This document shows positions 1-7,197 of a stretch of 32,000 nucleotides of DNA, piece after piece; positions within the stretch are counted from its first letter, which is position 1; the number at the start of each line of letters is the position of its first letter. The translations under genes were made by a program, and so were the position numbers. The DNA is from Mycolicibacterium smegmatis (GTDB lineage: Bacteria; Actinomycetota; Actinomycetes; Mycobacteriales; Mycobacteriaceae): contig NZ_LN831039.1 in NCBI RefSeq assembly GCF_001457595.1, positions 6,840,001-6,872,000 on the forward strand. Reading direction: 5' to 3'. Under the pieces are notes generated by a model, which worked only from the letters and a program-made list of their open reading frames with translations, was not told the DNA's origin and did not search any database.

Positions 1-122
1 CCGACCGCCTCACCGATGCCGAGGTCGCCGCACTCACCGCGGTCGAGGACGAACAGGGCGCAACCCTGGGCACCATGCCCGGCCGGATGCTCGACGCGTT
101 CACCCGCGCGATCGGTGCGTGA
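1..122 (+). CDS. 3' end of an unidentified CDS entering from upstream (partial)
   Basis: The frame is open from the window edge (phase from nt 3) and reads ...DRLTDAEVAALTAVEDEQGATLGTMPGRMLDAFTRAIGA, with TGA at 120-122. Third-position G/C bias is strong, like the real genes here. The fragment is too short to assign a function. Confidence 0.3.
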   Translation, partial: DRLTDAEVAALTAVEDEQGATLGTMPGRMLDAFTRAIGA

Positions 123-133
123 GTGGATGAGTG

Positions 134-1132
134 TCAGGCGCAACCGCACGAATTGCGGTGGTGGAACGTCGTCGGCACCCGGATGTGCTGCGCTGCACCG
201 TCATCCCCCTGGATACGTCGCAGCAACAGTTCGACCGCGGTGGCACCGATGGTCTCGACGTCCTGCGCGGCCGCGGTGAGCTTGGGCTCGAACAGATCCG
301 ACCACTCGAAGTCGTCGTAGCAGACGAACGCCACATCCCCCGGGATCGACAGTCCCAGACGGCGGATCGCCTTGAGGGTGCCGATGGTCATGGCGTTGTT
401 CATCGACACCAGCGCGGTCGGGCGATCGGCGCTCGACATCAGCGCGTACACGCCGCGCTCGGCGGCCTCGGTGTTGGATTCACCGTCGACGATCAACGAC
501 GCGTCGAGGTCGATCCCGCGATCGGACAGCGCCGCGACGTATCCGTCGAAACGTTCGGTGGTCGACGAAATCCCGGCGAGACCACGCACCACACCGACCC
601 TCGTGTGCCCGATGTCGAGCAGATGGTCGGTCAATGCCTTCGCCGACGACTCGTTCTCCGGGCCCACCTGATCGCTCTCGATGTCGGCGCCGCGGTCGAT
701 GAGCACCAGAGGCGTTCCCGCACGCGCGATCTCAGGAAGGGAGGCGCGCTCCGACCCGGCAGCGGGCGCTACGATCATGCCGTCGACCTTGCGGCCGAGA
801 AGCGAATCGACCACGCGCTTCTCGGATTCCGCCTCGTCGTGGGAGTCACCGACGATCAGCACGTACCCGGCGTCGGACAGTGCCCGCTCGACGGCGTGCA
901 CCAGGCTCCCGAAGTAGGGGTTGGTCAGCGCCGAGATAGACAGGCCGACGGTGTTGGTGCGTCCGGCGGCGAGTGCCCGCGCGACGACATTGCGCCGGTA
1001 CCCGGTCTGCTCGATCGCCTCCTCGACGCGAAGCCGGGTCTCGGCATTGACCTTGCGCGTGCCGTTGAGCACGTGCGACACCGTGGATGTCGACACGCCG
1101 GCAAGCCGGGCGACGTCATCCATCGTGGTCAC
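134..1132 (-). CDS. LacI family transcriptional regulator (last gene of the sugar operon)
   Basis: 332 aa. The N-terminal HTH DVARLAGVSTSTVSHVLNG is typical of LacI/GalR, and the C-terminal part looks like a periplasmic-binding-protein-like sugar-binding domain. The GTG start at 1132 overlaps the upstream stop as GTGA (1129-1132). An alternative ATG lies 3 codons downstream. Confidence 0.9.
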   Translation of the reverse strand: MTTMDDVARLAGVSTSTVSHVLNGTRKVNAETRLRVEEAIEQTGYRRNVVARALAAGRTNTVGLSISALTNPYFGSLVHAVERALSDAGYVLIVGDSHDEAESEKRVVDSLLGRKVDGMIVAPAAGSERASLPEIARAGTPLVLIDRGADIESDQVGPENESSAKALTDHLLDIGHTRVGVVRGLAGISSTTERFDGYVAALSDRGIDLDASLIVDGESNTEAAERGVYALMSSADRPTALVSMNNAMTIGTLKAIRRLGLSIPGDVAFVCYDDFEWSDLFEPKLTAAAQDVETIGATAVELLLRRIQGDDGAAQHIRVPTTFHHRNSCGCA

Positions 1133-1779
1133 GGCACACGCACGATCCGGTCCGCGCGACCTGCGGTCGACTCGATCAGCTGCGCGTTGCGCTCGTCTGG
1201 CCCGAGTGCCCAGCGTTCGGCGTCCTGCGGGGATTTCCCGAACGCCTCATGACGACGCCGCAGGCGGTCGCGGCGGACCTCGGTGTCGAGCGTCAGGAAC
1301 CACACCTCGTCGATGCACGACCGCGCCGTCGGCCACGCATCACGGTCCAGCAGAAGGTAATTGCCCTCGGTGACCACCAGCGGCACCGTCGACGGAACCG
1401 GGATCGACGAGGCGATGGACTCCTCGATCTCCCGGTGGAACCGCGGTGCGTACACCACCGGGTCACCGACGCGCTGCGCCCGCAGCGTAGCGATCAACCG
1501 CGCGTACCCGCCGTCGTCGAAGGTGTCGTGTGCGCCCTTGCGGTCGCGCCGGCCGAGGTCGATCAGCACCTCGTTGGCCAGGTGGAAGCCGTCCATGGGA
1601 ACCAGAACGGCGACCTCCGGTCCCAGCGCGGCCACAAGTTGTTCGGCGACCGTGGACTTCCCGGCCGCCGGCGCGCCGGTGAGGCCGAGGATGCGGCGTT
1701 CGCCGGGAACGACGAGTGCTTTCGCCCACTCGACCATCTGGTCCAGTGTGGCCTCCTGCACGTCCTGCACGTTGGTCAC
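1129..1779 (-). CDS. P-loop nucleoside/nucleotide-kinase-family protein (FrcK-like sugar-transport-associated kinase)
   Basis: Walker A GAPAAGKST is present, and the size and sequence resemble uridine kinase/PRK-fold FrcK proteins. I place the start at GTG 1779 (VTNVQDVQ...) because it overlaps the PfkB stop as GTGA (1776-1779). The 238-aa ORF in the track would overlap the upstream gene by 70 nt. Confidence 0.72.
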   Translation of the reverse strand: MTNVQDVQEATLDQMVEWAKALVVPGERRILGLTGAPAAGKSTVAEQLVAALGPEVAVLVPMDGFHLANEVLIDLGRRDRKGAHDTFDDGGYARLIATLRAQRVGDPVVYAPRFHREIEESIASSIPVPSTVPLVVTEGNYLLLDRDAWPTARSCIDEVWFLTLDTEVRRDRLRRRHEAFGKSPQDAERWALGPDERNAQLIESTAGRADRIVRVP

Positions 1780-2705
1780 CGTTCTCGCTTTCGAATCTGA
1801 TCGGGGAGTTTGCTCAACCACGCCCGTGGCCCGACCACCGAACACCGTAATGCCGCAACGCGCGACGAGCGATCGATGCGCTCGGCAACACCGCTGTCGG
1901 AGCGCGTCGAATAGTAGGCGTACGCGCCGTGGAACGCGTCACCGGCACCCAGGGTGTCGGCCACCGTCACCGGCGGCACCGGCACCTCACCGGATTCACC
2001 GCCGGACCACCACGTGACGGGATCGCCGCCGTGCGTGATGACCACGGTGCGGACACCGCTTTCCACCAACGCCGCAGCCGTGGCGTCCGAGGTGTCGGCG
2101 CCGGGTGTGCGGAAGTCACCGGAGCACACCATGTCCGAGACGTAGGGGACGAGGTCGGCCATCACGGGTTTCCATCGCCCCGCATCGACGACGACGGTGG
2201 TCCCGCGCTCGTACGCGTGCTGTGCGGCGGCGCGGGCCAACAGCGGATGGTGGCCGTCGACCAACACCACGTCGGCGGTGTCCACGTGGTCGCCGAGGTC
2301 CTCCGGCGGCGTTGCGTCCGACGTCACGGCATCGGACGAGATCACCGACCGGTCGCCGGTGGATTCGACGACGGCGACCGACGAGACGGGCACGGGCCGA
2401 ACCGAACCCGCTGTCGCGTCGATGACGCTCACGCCGCACACGGTCAGGTCGGCGCGGATCAGATCAGCAACCGGATCATCACCGAGGGCCGTCACCAGCG
2501 TCGCCTCGCCGCCCAGTGCGGCGAAGGTGACCGCGGCGTTTGCCGCAGGCCCACCCGCGGCGACGAACTGCGCGGCCGAGGTGATCTTCTCGTTCACCGC
2601 AGGCGGTTTCGCGATGCGATGGATCACATCCAGCGTCGCCAACCCGACGAAGACCCCGACCGGGGCCCGCCGCGGGTTTTCCTCAGAGACCGGCGCGTTC
2701 CTCAT
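1776..2705 (-). CDS. PfkB/ribokinase-family carbohydrate kinase
   Basis: The C-terminal motif DTLGAGDAFHGAY is a PfkB signature, and the N-terminal part has a GG-containing region (VAAGGPAANAA). The ATG at 2705 is preceded by GGAGGAG about 7 nt upstream on the minus strand. Confidence 0.85.
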   Translation of the reverse strand: MRNAPVSEENPRRAPVGVFVGLATLDVIHRIAKPPAVNEKITSAAQFVAAGGPAANAAVTFAALGGEATLVTALGDDPVADLIRADLTVCGVSVIDATAGSVRPVPVSSVAVVESTGDRSVISSDAVTSDATPPEDLGDHVDTADVVLVDGHHPLLARAAAQHAYERGTTVVVDAGRWKPVMADLVPYVSDMVCSGDFRTPGADTSDATAAALVESGVRTVVITHGGDPVTWWSGGESGEVPVPPVTVADTLGAGDAFHGAYAYYSTRSDSGVAERIDRSSRVAALRCSVVGPRAWLSKLPDQIRKRER

Positions 2706-3474
2706 CGGTCGGCTCCTCCGCACCGGTCATGAGCGCGACGACCTCGGACATCGAGCGCTTCTTCGGGTCGACGACTCCGGCACGCTGCCCGAGTCGGTGG
2801 ATGTGGATCCGGTCGGACACCTCGAACACGTGCGGCATGTCGTGGCTGATGAGCACCACCGGGATGCCGCGGTCGCGAATCGATTTGATCAGGTCGATGA
2901 CCTGACCGGATTCCCGCACGCCGAGGGCCGCGGTGGGTTCGTCCATGATGATCACGCCCCGGCCGAACGCCGCGGCCCGCGCCACCGCGACGCCTTGGCG
3001 CTGCCCACCGGACAGTGTCTCCACGGCCTGGCCGACCGACTTGATGCCGATCTTCAGGTCCGCGAGGTGCTGCGAGGCGTCCTGGCGCATCCTGGGCATG
3101 TCCAGCCGGCGGAAGAGCCTGCCCGCGACGCCTTTTCGACGGACCTCGCGGCCGAGATACAGGTTCGAGGCGATGTCGAGGGCAGGCACGACCGCGAGGT
3201 CCTGGTACACCGTCTCGATGCCCGCGGCCCGGGCGTCGCGGGTGTTCCGGAACGACACGGGTTCGCCGTTCATCAGGATCTGTCCCGCGTCGGGCACGAT
3301 GGCCCCCGCCAAAGCCTTGATCAGGCTGGACTTTCCGGCACCGTTGTCGCCGACGACCGCGAGGACCTCCCCGGCGCGCAGTTCGAAGTCGGCGCCGTTG
3401 ATCGCGGTCACGTTGCCGTATCTCTTGACCAGCCCGCGGGCTTCGAGAACGGGTGCGCTTGCTGTACCGGTCAC
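2683..3474 (-). CDS. Sugar ABC transporter ATP-binding protein
   Basis: Walker A GDNGAGKSS, ABC signature LSGGQRQ and Walker B VIIMDEPTAALG are all present. The GTG start at 3474 overlaps the permease stop as GTGA (3471-3474). The 480-aa track ORF is an artefactual upstream extension running through the permease gene in another frame. Confidence 0.92.
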   Translation of the reverse strand: MTGTASAPVLEARGLVKRYGNVTAINGADFELRAGEVLAVVGDNGAGKSSLIKALAGAIVPDAGQILMNGEPVSFRNTRDARAAGIETVYQDLAVVPALDIASNLYLGREVRRKGVAGRLFRRLDMPRMRQDASQHLADLKIGIKSVGQAVETLSGGQRQGVAVARAAAFGRGVIIMDEPTAALGVRESGQVIDLIKSIRDRGIPVVLISHDMPHVFEVSDRIHIHRLGQRAGVVDPKKRSMSEVVALMTGAEEPTDEERAGL

Positions 3475-4490
3475 CGTGATCTCCTCCGCGCGAATTGATC
3501 CACCGCAACGGCCACGATCACGAGGATGCCGGTGGCGATGTTCTGGTAGAGGCTGTCGACGCCGGCCTGGGTGAGGCCGTTGCGCAGCACCGCGACGATC
3601 AGCATGCCCACGAGCGTGCCGCCGACACCGCCGCGTCCGCCGAACAGGCTGGTGCCGCCGATGACCACCGCGGTGATGGTCTCCAAGTTGGCGTTCTGGT
3701 ACGCGTTGGGGTCGGCGTTCGGGATGCGGCCCAGCGCGGCCCACGCCGCGATCGCGGCGATCACCCCGGTGACGAGGTAGACCGAGAACAGCACCCGGCC
3801 GGACTTGACGCCGAGCAGGTCTGCCGACTGCGGATTGCCGCCTACGGCGTAAACGTGTTTGCCCCATGCGGTTTGGGACAGCGCGTACCACACGACGGCG
3901 TACACCAGCAGCATCGCCACCACGCCGTACGTCGTGGAGAACGACCCGATGCGAAACGACGTGCCGAGGAAGGTCAGCGGGCCTGGCTCCACGCGGTAGG
4001 TCTCCGACCCGGCGAGCAACCGGGTGCCGGCCAGGATCGCGGTGAAGGTTCCCAGCGTCACGATGAACGGCGGCAGGCGCAGGGTGGTGACGAGCCCGCC
4101 GTTGATCGCGCCGAACGCCACGCACACCAGCAGCGTGGCGCCCAGCGCGAGGAACGGCCCACCGGAGCCTGCGGTCTGGGCCATCACGATCGTGCCGAAC
4201 ACGGCCACCGCGCCGATCGACAGGTCGATGCCCGCGGTGAGGATGATCAGCGTCTGGCCGACGGCGAGGATGCCGACGACCACCGACTGCTGCAGGATCA
4301 GCGACACGTTCTGTGGGTTGAGGAACGAGTTCGAGATGGAGCTGAAGACGATGATTGCGATCACGAGCGCCACCAGCGGGCCGACCAGCGGTTCACGCAG
4401 GAGGGTGCCCACGTTGATCCGCTTGGCCGCCGGTGGCGGTGGCGTCGCGGGAGCGGTTGCGGTCACAACGGTCTCTGAGGTTTCGGCCAT
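3471..4490 (-). CDS. Sugar ABC transporter permease (ribose/fructose-type, AraH/RbsC family)
   Basis: About 339 aa and highly hydrophobic, with multiple TM segments typical of the monosaccharide (CUT2) permease family. The ATG at 4490 (MAETSETVV...) lies 1 nt after the SBP stop. Confidence 0.9.
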   Translation of the reverse strand: MAETSETVVTATAPATPPPPAAKRINVGTLLREPLVGPLVALVIAIIVFSSISNSFLNPQNVSLILQQSVVVGILAVGQTLIILTAGIDLSIGAVAVFGTIVMAQTAGSGGPFLALGATLLVCVAFGAINGGLVTTLRLPPFIVTLGTFTAILAGTRLLAGSETYRVEPGPLTFLGTSFRIGSFSTTYGVVAMLLVYAVVWYALSQTAWGKHVYAVGGNPQSADLLGVKSGRVLFSVYLVTGVIAAIAAWAALGRIPNADPNAYQNANLETITAVVIGGTSLFGGRGGVGGTLVGMLIVAVLRNGLTQAGVDSLYQNIATGILVIVAVAVDQFARRRSR

Positions 4491-4491
4491 C

Positions 4492-5490
4492 TCAGCCCCA
4501 GCAGTTCTGCTCGCCCCATGCGGTGTCCTTCGACTCGAGCCCCGGCATCGGCTTGTCGGTGATGAGCTCTGACCCGGTGTCGTTGAACCCGCTGGGCTTG
4601 GTGCCGTCCTCGGCGAACTTGACCACCGCCTGCACACCCAGCTCGGCCATCTTCGCCGGGAACTGCATGACCGTCGCGCCGATCTTTCCGGCCTTCACAT
4701 CCGCGACACCCGTGCAGCTTCCGTCGATGGACCCGATGGTGACCTGGTCTGCGCGACCGACAGCCTGGATCGCCTGGTAGGCGCCGGCCGCCGCGGGCTC
4801 GTTGATGGTGTAGAGCGCGTTGACGCCCGGGGCGCGCTGCAGCAGGTTCTCCATGGCGGTCTGGGCCTTGGTCTGGTCGCCGTTGGTGTTCTCCTGGCCG
4901 ACGATCTCCGGTGAGTTGTCGGTGAGACCGAAGCCCTCGAGGAATCCGTCGTGGCGGAAGGTGTCGACGGTGCCGCCCGGCGTGCCGTCGAGCATCACGA
5001 CCTGGGGCGGGGTGTTGCCCAGCGCCGCCTTGACCCACTTGCCCTGGGCCACGCCCGCGGCCTTGTTGTCCGTCGCGAATGTGGCGTCGACGGCGTCCTC
5101 GGGGTCGGTGGCGGTGTCGAGCGCGATGACGACGACGCCCGCATCACGTGCCTTCTTGATGGCGTCGAGCACGCCGGTGGAGGAGTTCGGGGTGATCAGG
5201 ATGCCTTTGACGCCCTGACCGACCATGTTCTCGATGGCCGTGACCTGGCCTTCGTTGTCGCCGTCGAACGCCCCGGCGACCGCGATGAGTTGCGCGCCGT
5301 CCTTGTCGGCCTGCGCCTGGGCGGCCTCGCGAAGGTGCACGAAGTAGGGGTTCGAATCGGTCTTGGTGATCAGACCGACCTTCACGCCGTCGGACCCGGA
5401 GCCGCCGCAGGCGGTCATCCCGAGAACCAGCGAGCCTGCCATGAGGGCAGCTCCGACCGTGCGGGTGTTTCTGGTGACCTTTCTGAACAT
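4492..5490 (-). CDS. Sugar ABC transporter substrate-binding lipoprotein (CUT2/RbsB-FrcB-like)
   Basis: 332 aa. The signal peptide carries the lipobox LGMTAC followed by GGSGSDG, and the body looks like a periplasmic binding protein type I fold. It is the first gene of the operon. Confidence 0.9.
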   Translation of the reverse strand: MFRKVTRNTRTVGAALMAGSLVLGMTACGGSGSDGVKVGLITKTDSNPYFVHLREAAQAQADKDGAQLIAVAGAFDGDNEGQVTAIENMVGQGVKGILITPNSSTGVLDAIKKARDAGVVVIALDTATDPEDAVDATFATDNKAAGVAQGKWVKAALGNTPPQVVMLDGTPGGTVDTFRHDGFLEGFGLTDNSPEIVGQENTNGDQTKAQTAMENLLQRAPGVNALYTINEPAAAGAYQAIQAVGRADQVTIGSIDGSCTGVADVKAGKIGATVMQFPAKMAELGVQAVVKFAEDGTKPSGFNDTGSELITDKPMPGLESKDTAWGEQNCWG

Positions 5491-5541
5491 CTGGACTCCC
5501 TCGTCCTGGTGCGGCGCCGGGCGCGCCGCGTGCTGTGCATC

Positions 5542-5547
5542 ACACTA
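5542..5547 (-). promoter_or_regulatory. Candidate -10 hexamer (TAGTGT) of the sugar operon promoter
   Basis: The minus strand reads TAGTGT (fits TANNNT) about 50 nt upstream of the SBP ATG. The two LacI-type palindromes sit immediately upstream, over the -35 region. A GGGAG Shine-Dalgarno lies 6 nt before the ATG. Confidence 0.35.
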
Positions 5548-5554
5548 GACGGCG

Positions 5555-5581
5555 CGCAAGCGCTTGCGTAAGCGCTTTCGC
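5555..5581. promoter_or_regulatory. Two tandem LacI/GalR-type operator palindromes
   Basis: CGCAAGCGCTTGCG (5555-5568) is a perfect 14-bp palindrome. GCGTAAGCGCTTTCGC (5566-5581) is a 16-bp palindrome with one mismatched pair. Both share the core AAGCGCTT, and their centres are 12 bp apart. Confidence 0.6.
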
Positions 5582-5705
5582 GAAGTTTTTCGGACTTTTT
5601 CGATCAAGCTCCTCATGTCGCCCGGCGGCGCCGCGCGTAACGCCACGGTGGAACAACGCGCCGCAGGCCGCCACTGCGTCACGCGCGGCGCGTTACCGTC
5701 GATCG

Positions 5706-7118
5706 GTGAGGCTGTCCCGGTCGCGCCTTCTGGTGCTCTGCGCCATCGGTGCTGTCGCGGTGGCCACCTCGTGCGGTCGGCCCGCACCCGCGCCCCGCGA
5801 ACCGGTCCCGCCGACCAGTACGGCCACCGCCTCGCCGACCGCGCCTCCGCCGCAGGTGACCCAGCCCGTGACACCGACGGGTGACTTCTCCGCGGTCACC
5901 TGGCTCGTCGACGCCGCCGTCGCGGCACGCCGGTTGCCGGGTGCGGTGGTCCAGATCGGGCACGCGGGCAAGATCGTGTTCCGCGAGGCGTTCGGTGTGC
6001 GCAAGCTCGACGGCGAGCCGGGCCTGGACGGTTCCCCGTCACCCGCCGAACCGATGACCGAGGACACCCTCTTCGACCTGGCGTCCCTGACGAAGAGCAT
6101 CGCGACGACCACGGCCGTCCTGCAGCTCTACGAGCAGGGCAAGATCCGCCTCGACGAGCCCGTGCAGACGTACCTGCCGGACTTCAACCCCACCGCCGAT
6201 CCGCGCCGCGCGCGGGTGACGTTGCGCATGTTGCTCACTCACACGTCGGGTATCGCGGGGGACCTGAGCCTGGACGGGCCGTGGGGGCTGACCGCGGCCG
6301 ACAAGGCCGAGGGCGTCAAGCGTGCGCTGGCCGCGTGGGTGGTGTTCGAGCCCGGCGCGATGTTCCACTACTCCGACATCGGGTTCATCATCCTCGGCAC
6401 CCTGGTCGAGAAGATCACCGGACAATCCCTGGACGGCTACGTGCGCAAGCATGTGTTCGCACCGCTGCACATGTCCGACACGTACTACCTGCCCGCAGCG
6501 AACGCGTGCGGACCGCACGAGATACGTGGCAACGCACTGGTTTCCGACCCGGACGGACCGCGGGCGACCGACTGCCCGGCCGATTCCTGGAGCACCGGCC
6601 TGCTGACTCGCGTCGCCCCCACCGCGCTGGACGAGGACACTCCTGGCATCAACCCGCATTTCGGGCTGCCGCTGCGCGGGACCGTGCACGACCCGACGGC
6701 ACGCCGCATGGGCGGGGTGGCCGGGAGCGCAGGCGTGTTCACGACAGTCCACGACCTGGGCCTGTTCGCGCAGGCACTACTGGACCGACGGGCCAACCGC
6801 CCCAGCACTTTTCCGTTGCAGCAGGCCACGGTCGAATTGATGACCACACCGCAGCAGCCCGGCGCCGGACCGGATCTGCGTGGTCTGGGCTGGGACATCG
6901 ACACGCCCCACTCGCGACCACGCGGCACAGTGCTCCCGGTCGGCAGCTTCGGCCACACCGGGTTCACCGGGGTCTCGATGTGGATGGACCCGGGGTCGGA
7001 CACCTACGTGATCGTTTTGGCGAACGTCATCCACCAGCGCGGCGGCCCGCCGATCGCGACGCTCAGCGGTGAGGTGGCCACGGAGGCCGCACGTGCGCTG
7101 CACCTTTACGGCACCTGA
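5706..7118 (+). CDS. Serine hydrolase / beta-lactamase-family (class C, esterase or DD-peptidase-like) putative lipoprotein
   Basis: The SxxK motif (LASLTKS), YSD (the Y-x-N position) and HTG (FGHTGFTG, the KTG position) are present. I prefer the GTG start at 5706, which gives VRLSRSRLLVLCAIGAVAVATSCG (signal peptide plus lipobox-like ATSC). The upstream part of the 527-aa ORF is Arg/Ala-rich and unlikely to be coding. Confidence 0.82.
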   Translation: MRLSRSRLLVLCAIGAVAVATSCGRPAPAPREPVPPTSTATASPTAPPPQVTQPVTPTGDFSAVTWLVDAAVAARRLPGAVVQIGHAGKIVFREAFGVRKLDGEPGLDGSPSPAEPMTEDTLFDLASLTKSIATTTAVLQLYEQGKIRLDEPVQTYLPDFNPTADPRRARVTLRMLLTHTSGIAGDLSLDGPWGLTAADKAEGVKRALAAWVVFEPGAMFHYSDIGFIILGTLVEKITGQSLDGYVRKHVFAPLHMSDTYYLPAANACGPHEIRGNALVSDPDGPRATDCPADSWSTGLLTRVAPTALDEDTPGINPHFGLPLRGTVHDPTARRMGGVAGSAGVFTTVHDLGLFAQALLDRRANRPSTFPLQQATVELMTTPQQPGAGPDLRGLGWDIDTPHSRPRGTVLPVGSFGHTGFTGVSMWMDPGSDTYVIVLANVIHQRGGPPIATLSGEVATEAARALHLYGT

Positions 7119-7197
7119 TCCCCAGGACTTTGTCCACAGCCCCTCATGCCTTTGAGCTGCACCGACGTCGAATTACACACATGTTATTCACAACCGG

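Noticed and set aside
3475-4125. The N-terminal extension of the ABC ATPase ORF (track ORF 2683-4125, 480 aa).
   Set aside because: The extension overlaps the permease gene in another frame and is Arg/Pro/Gly-rich. A GTG at 3474 overlaps the permease stop as GTGA and gives a normal 263-aa ATPase.
5535-5705. The N-terminal 57 codons of the 527-aa serine hydrolase ORF (MHHTRRRASACVSAFAKFF...).
   Set aside because: This stretch covers the divergent promoter and operator region of the sugar operon and is Arg/Ala/Ser-rich. A GTG at 5706 gives a conventional signal peptide with a lipobox-like cysteine.
7119-7197. The convergent intergenic region between the serine hydrolase and the UvrA-like gene, checked for a terminator or small RNA.
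   Set aside because: It holds only a 4-bp GGAC-ttt-GTCC stem and a short ACATGT palindrome, which is nothing beyond chance expectation.
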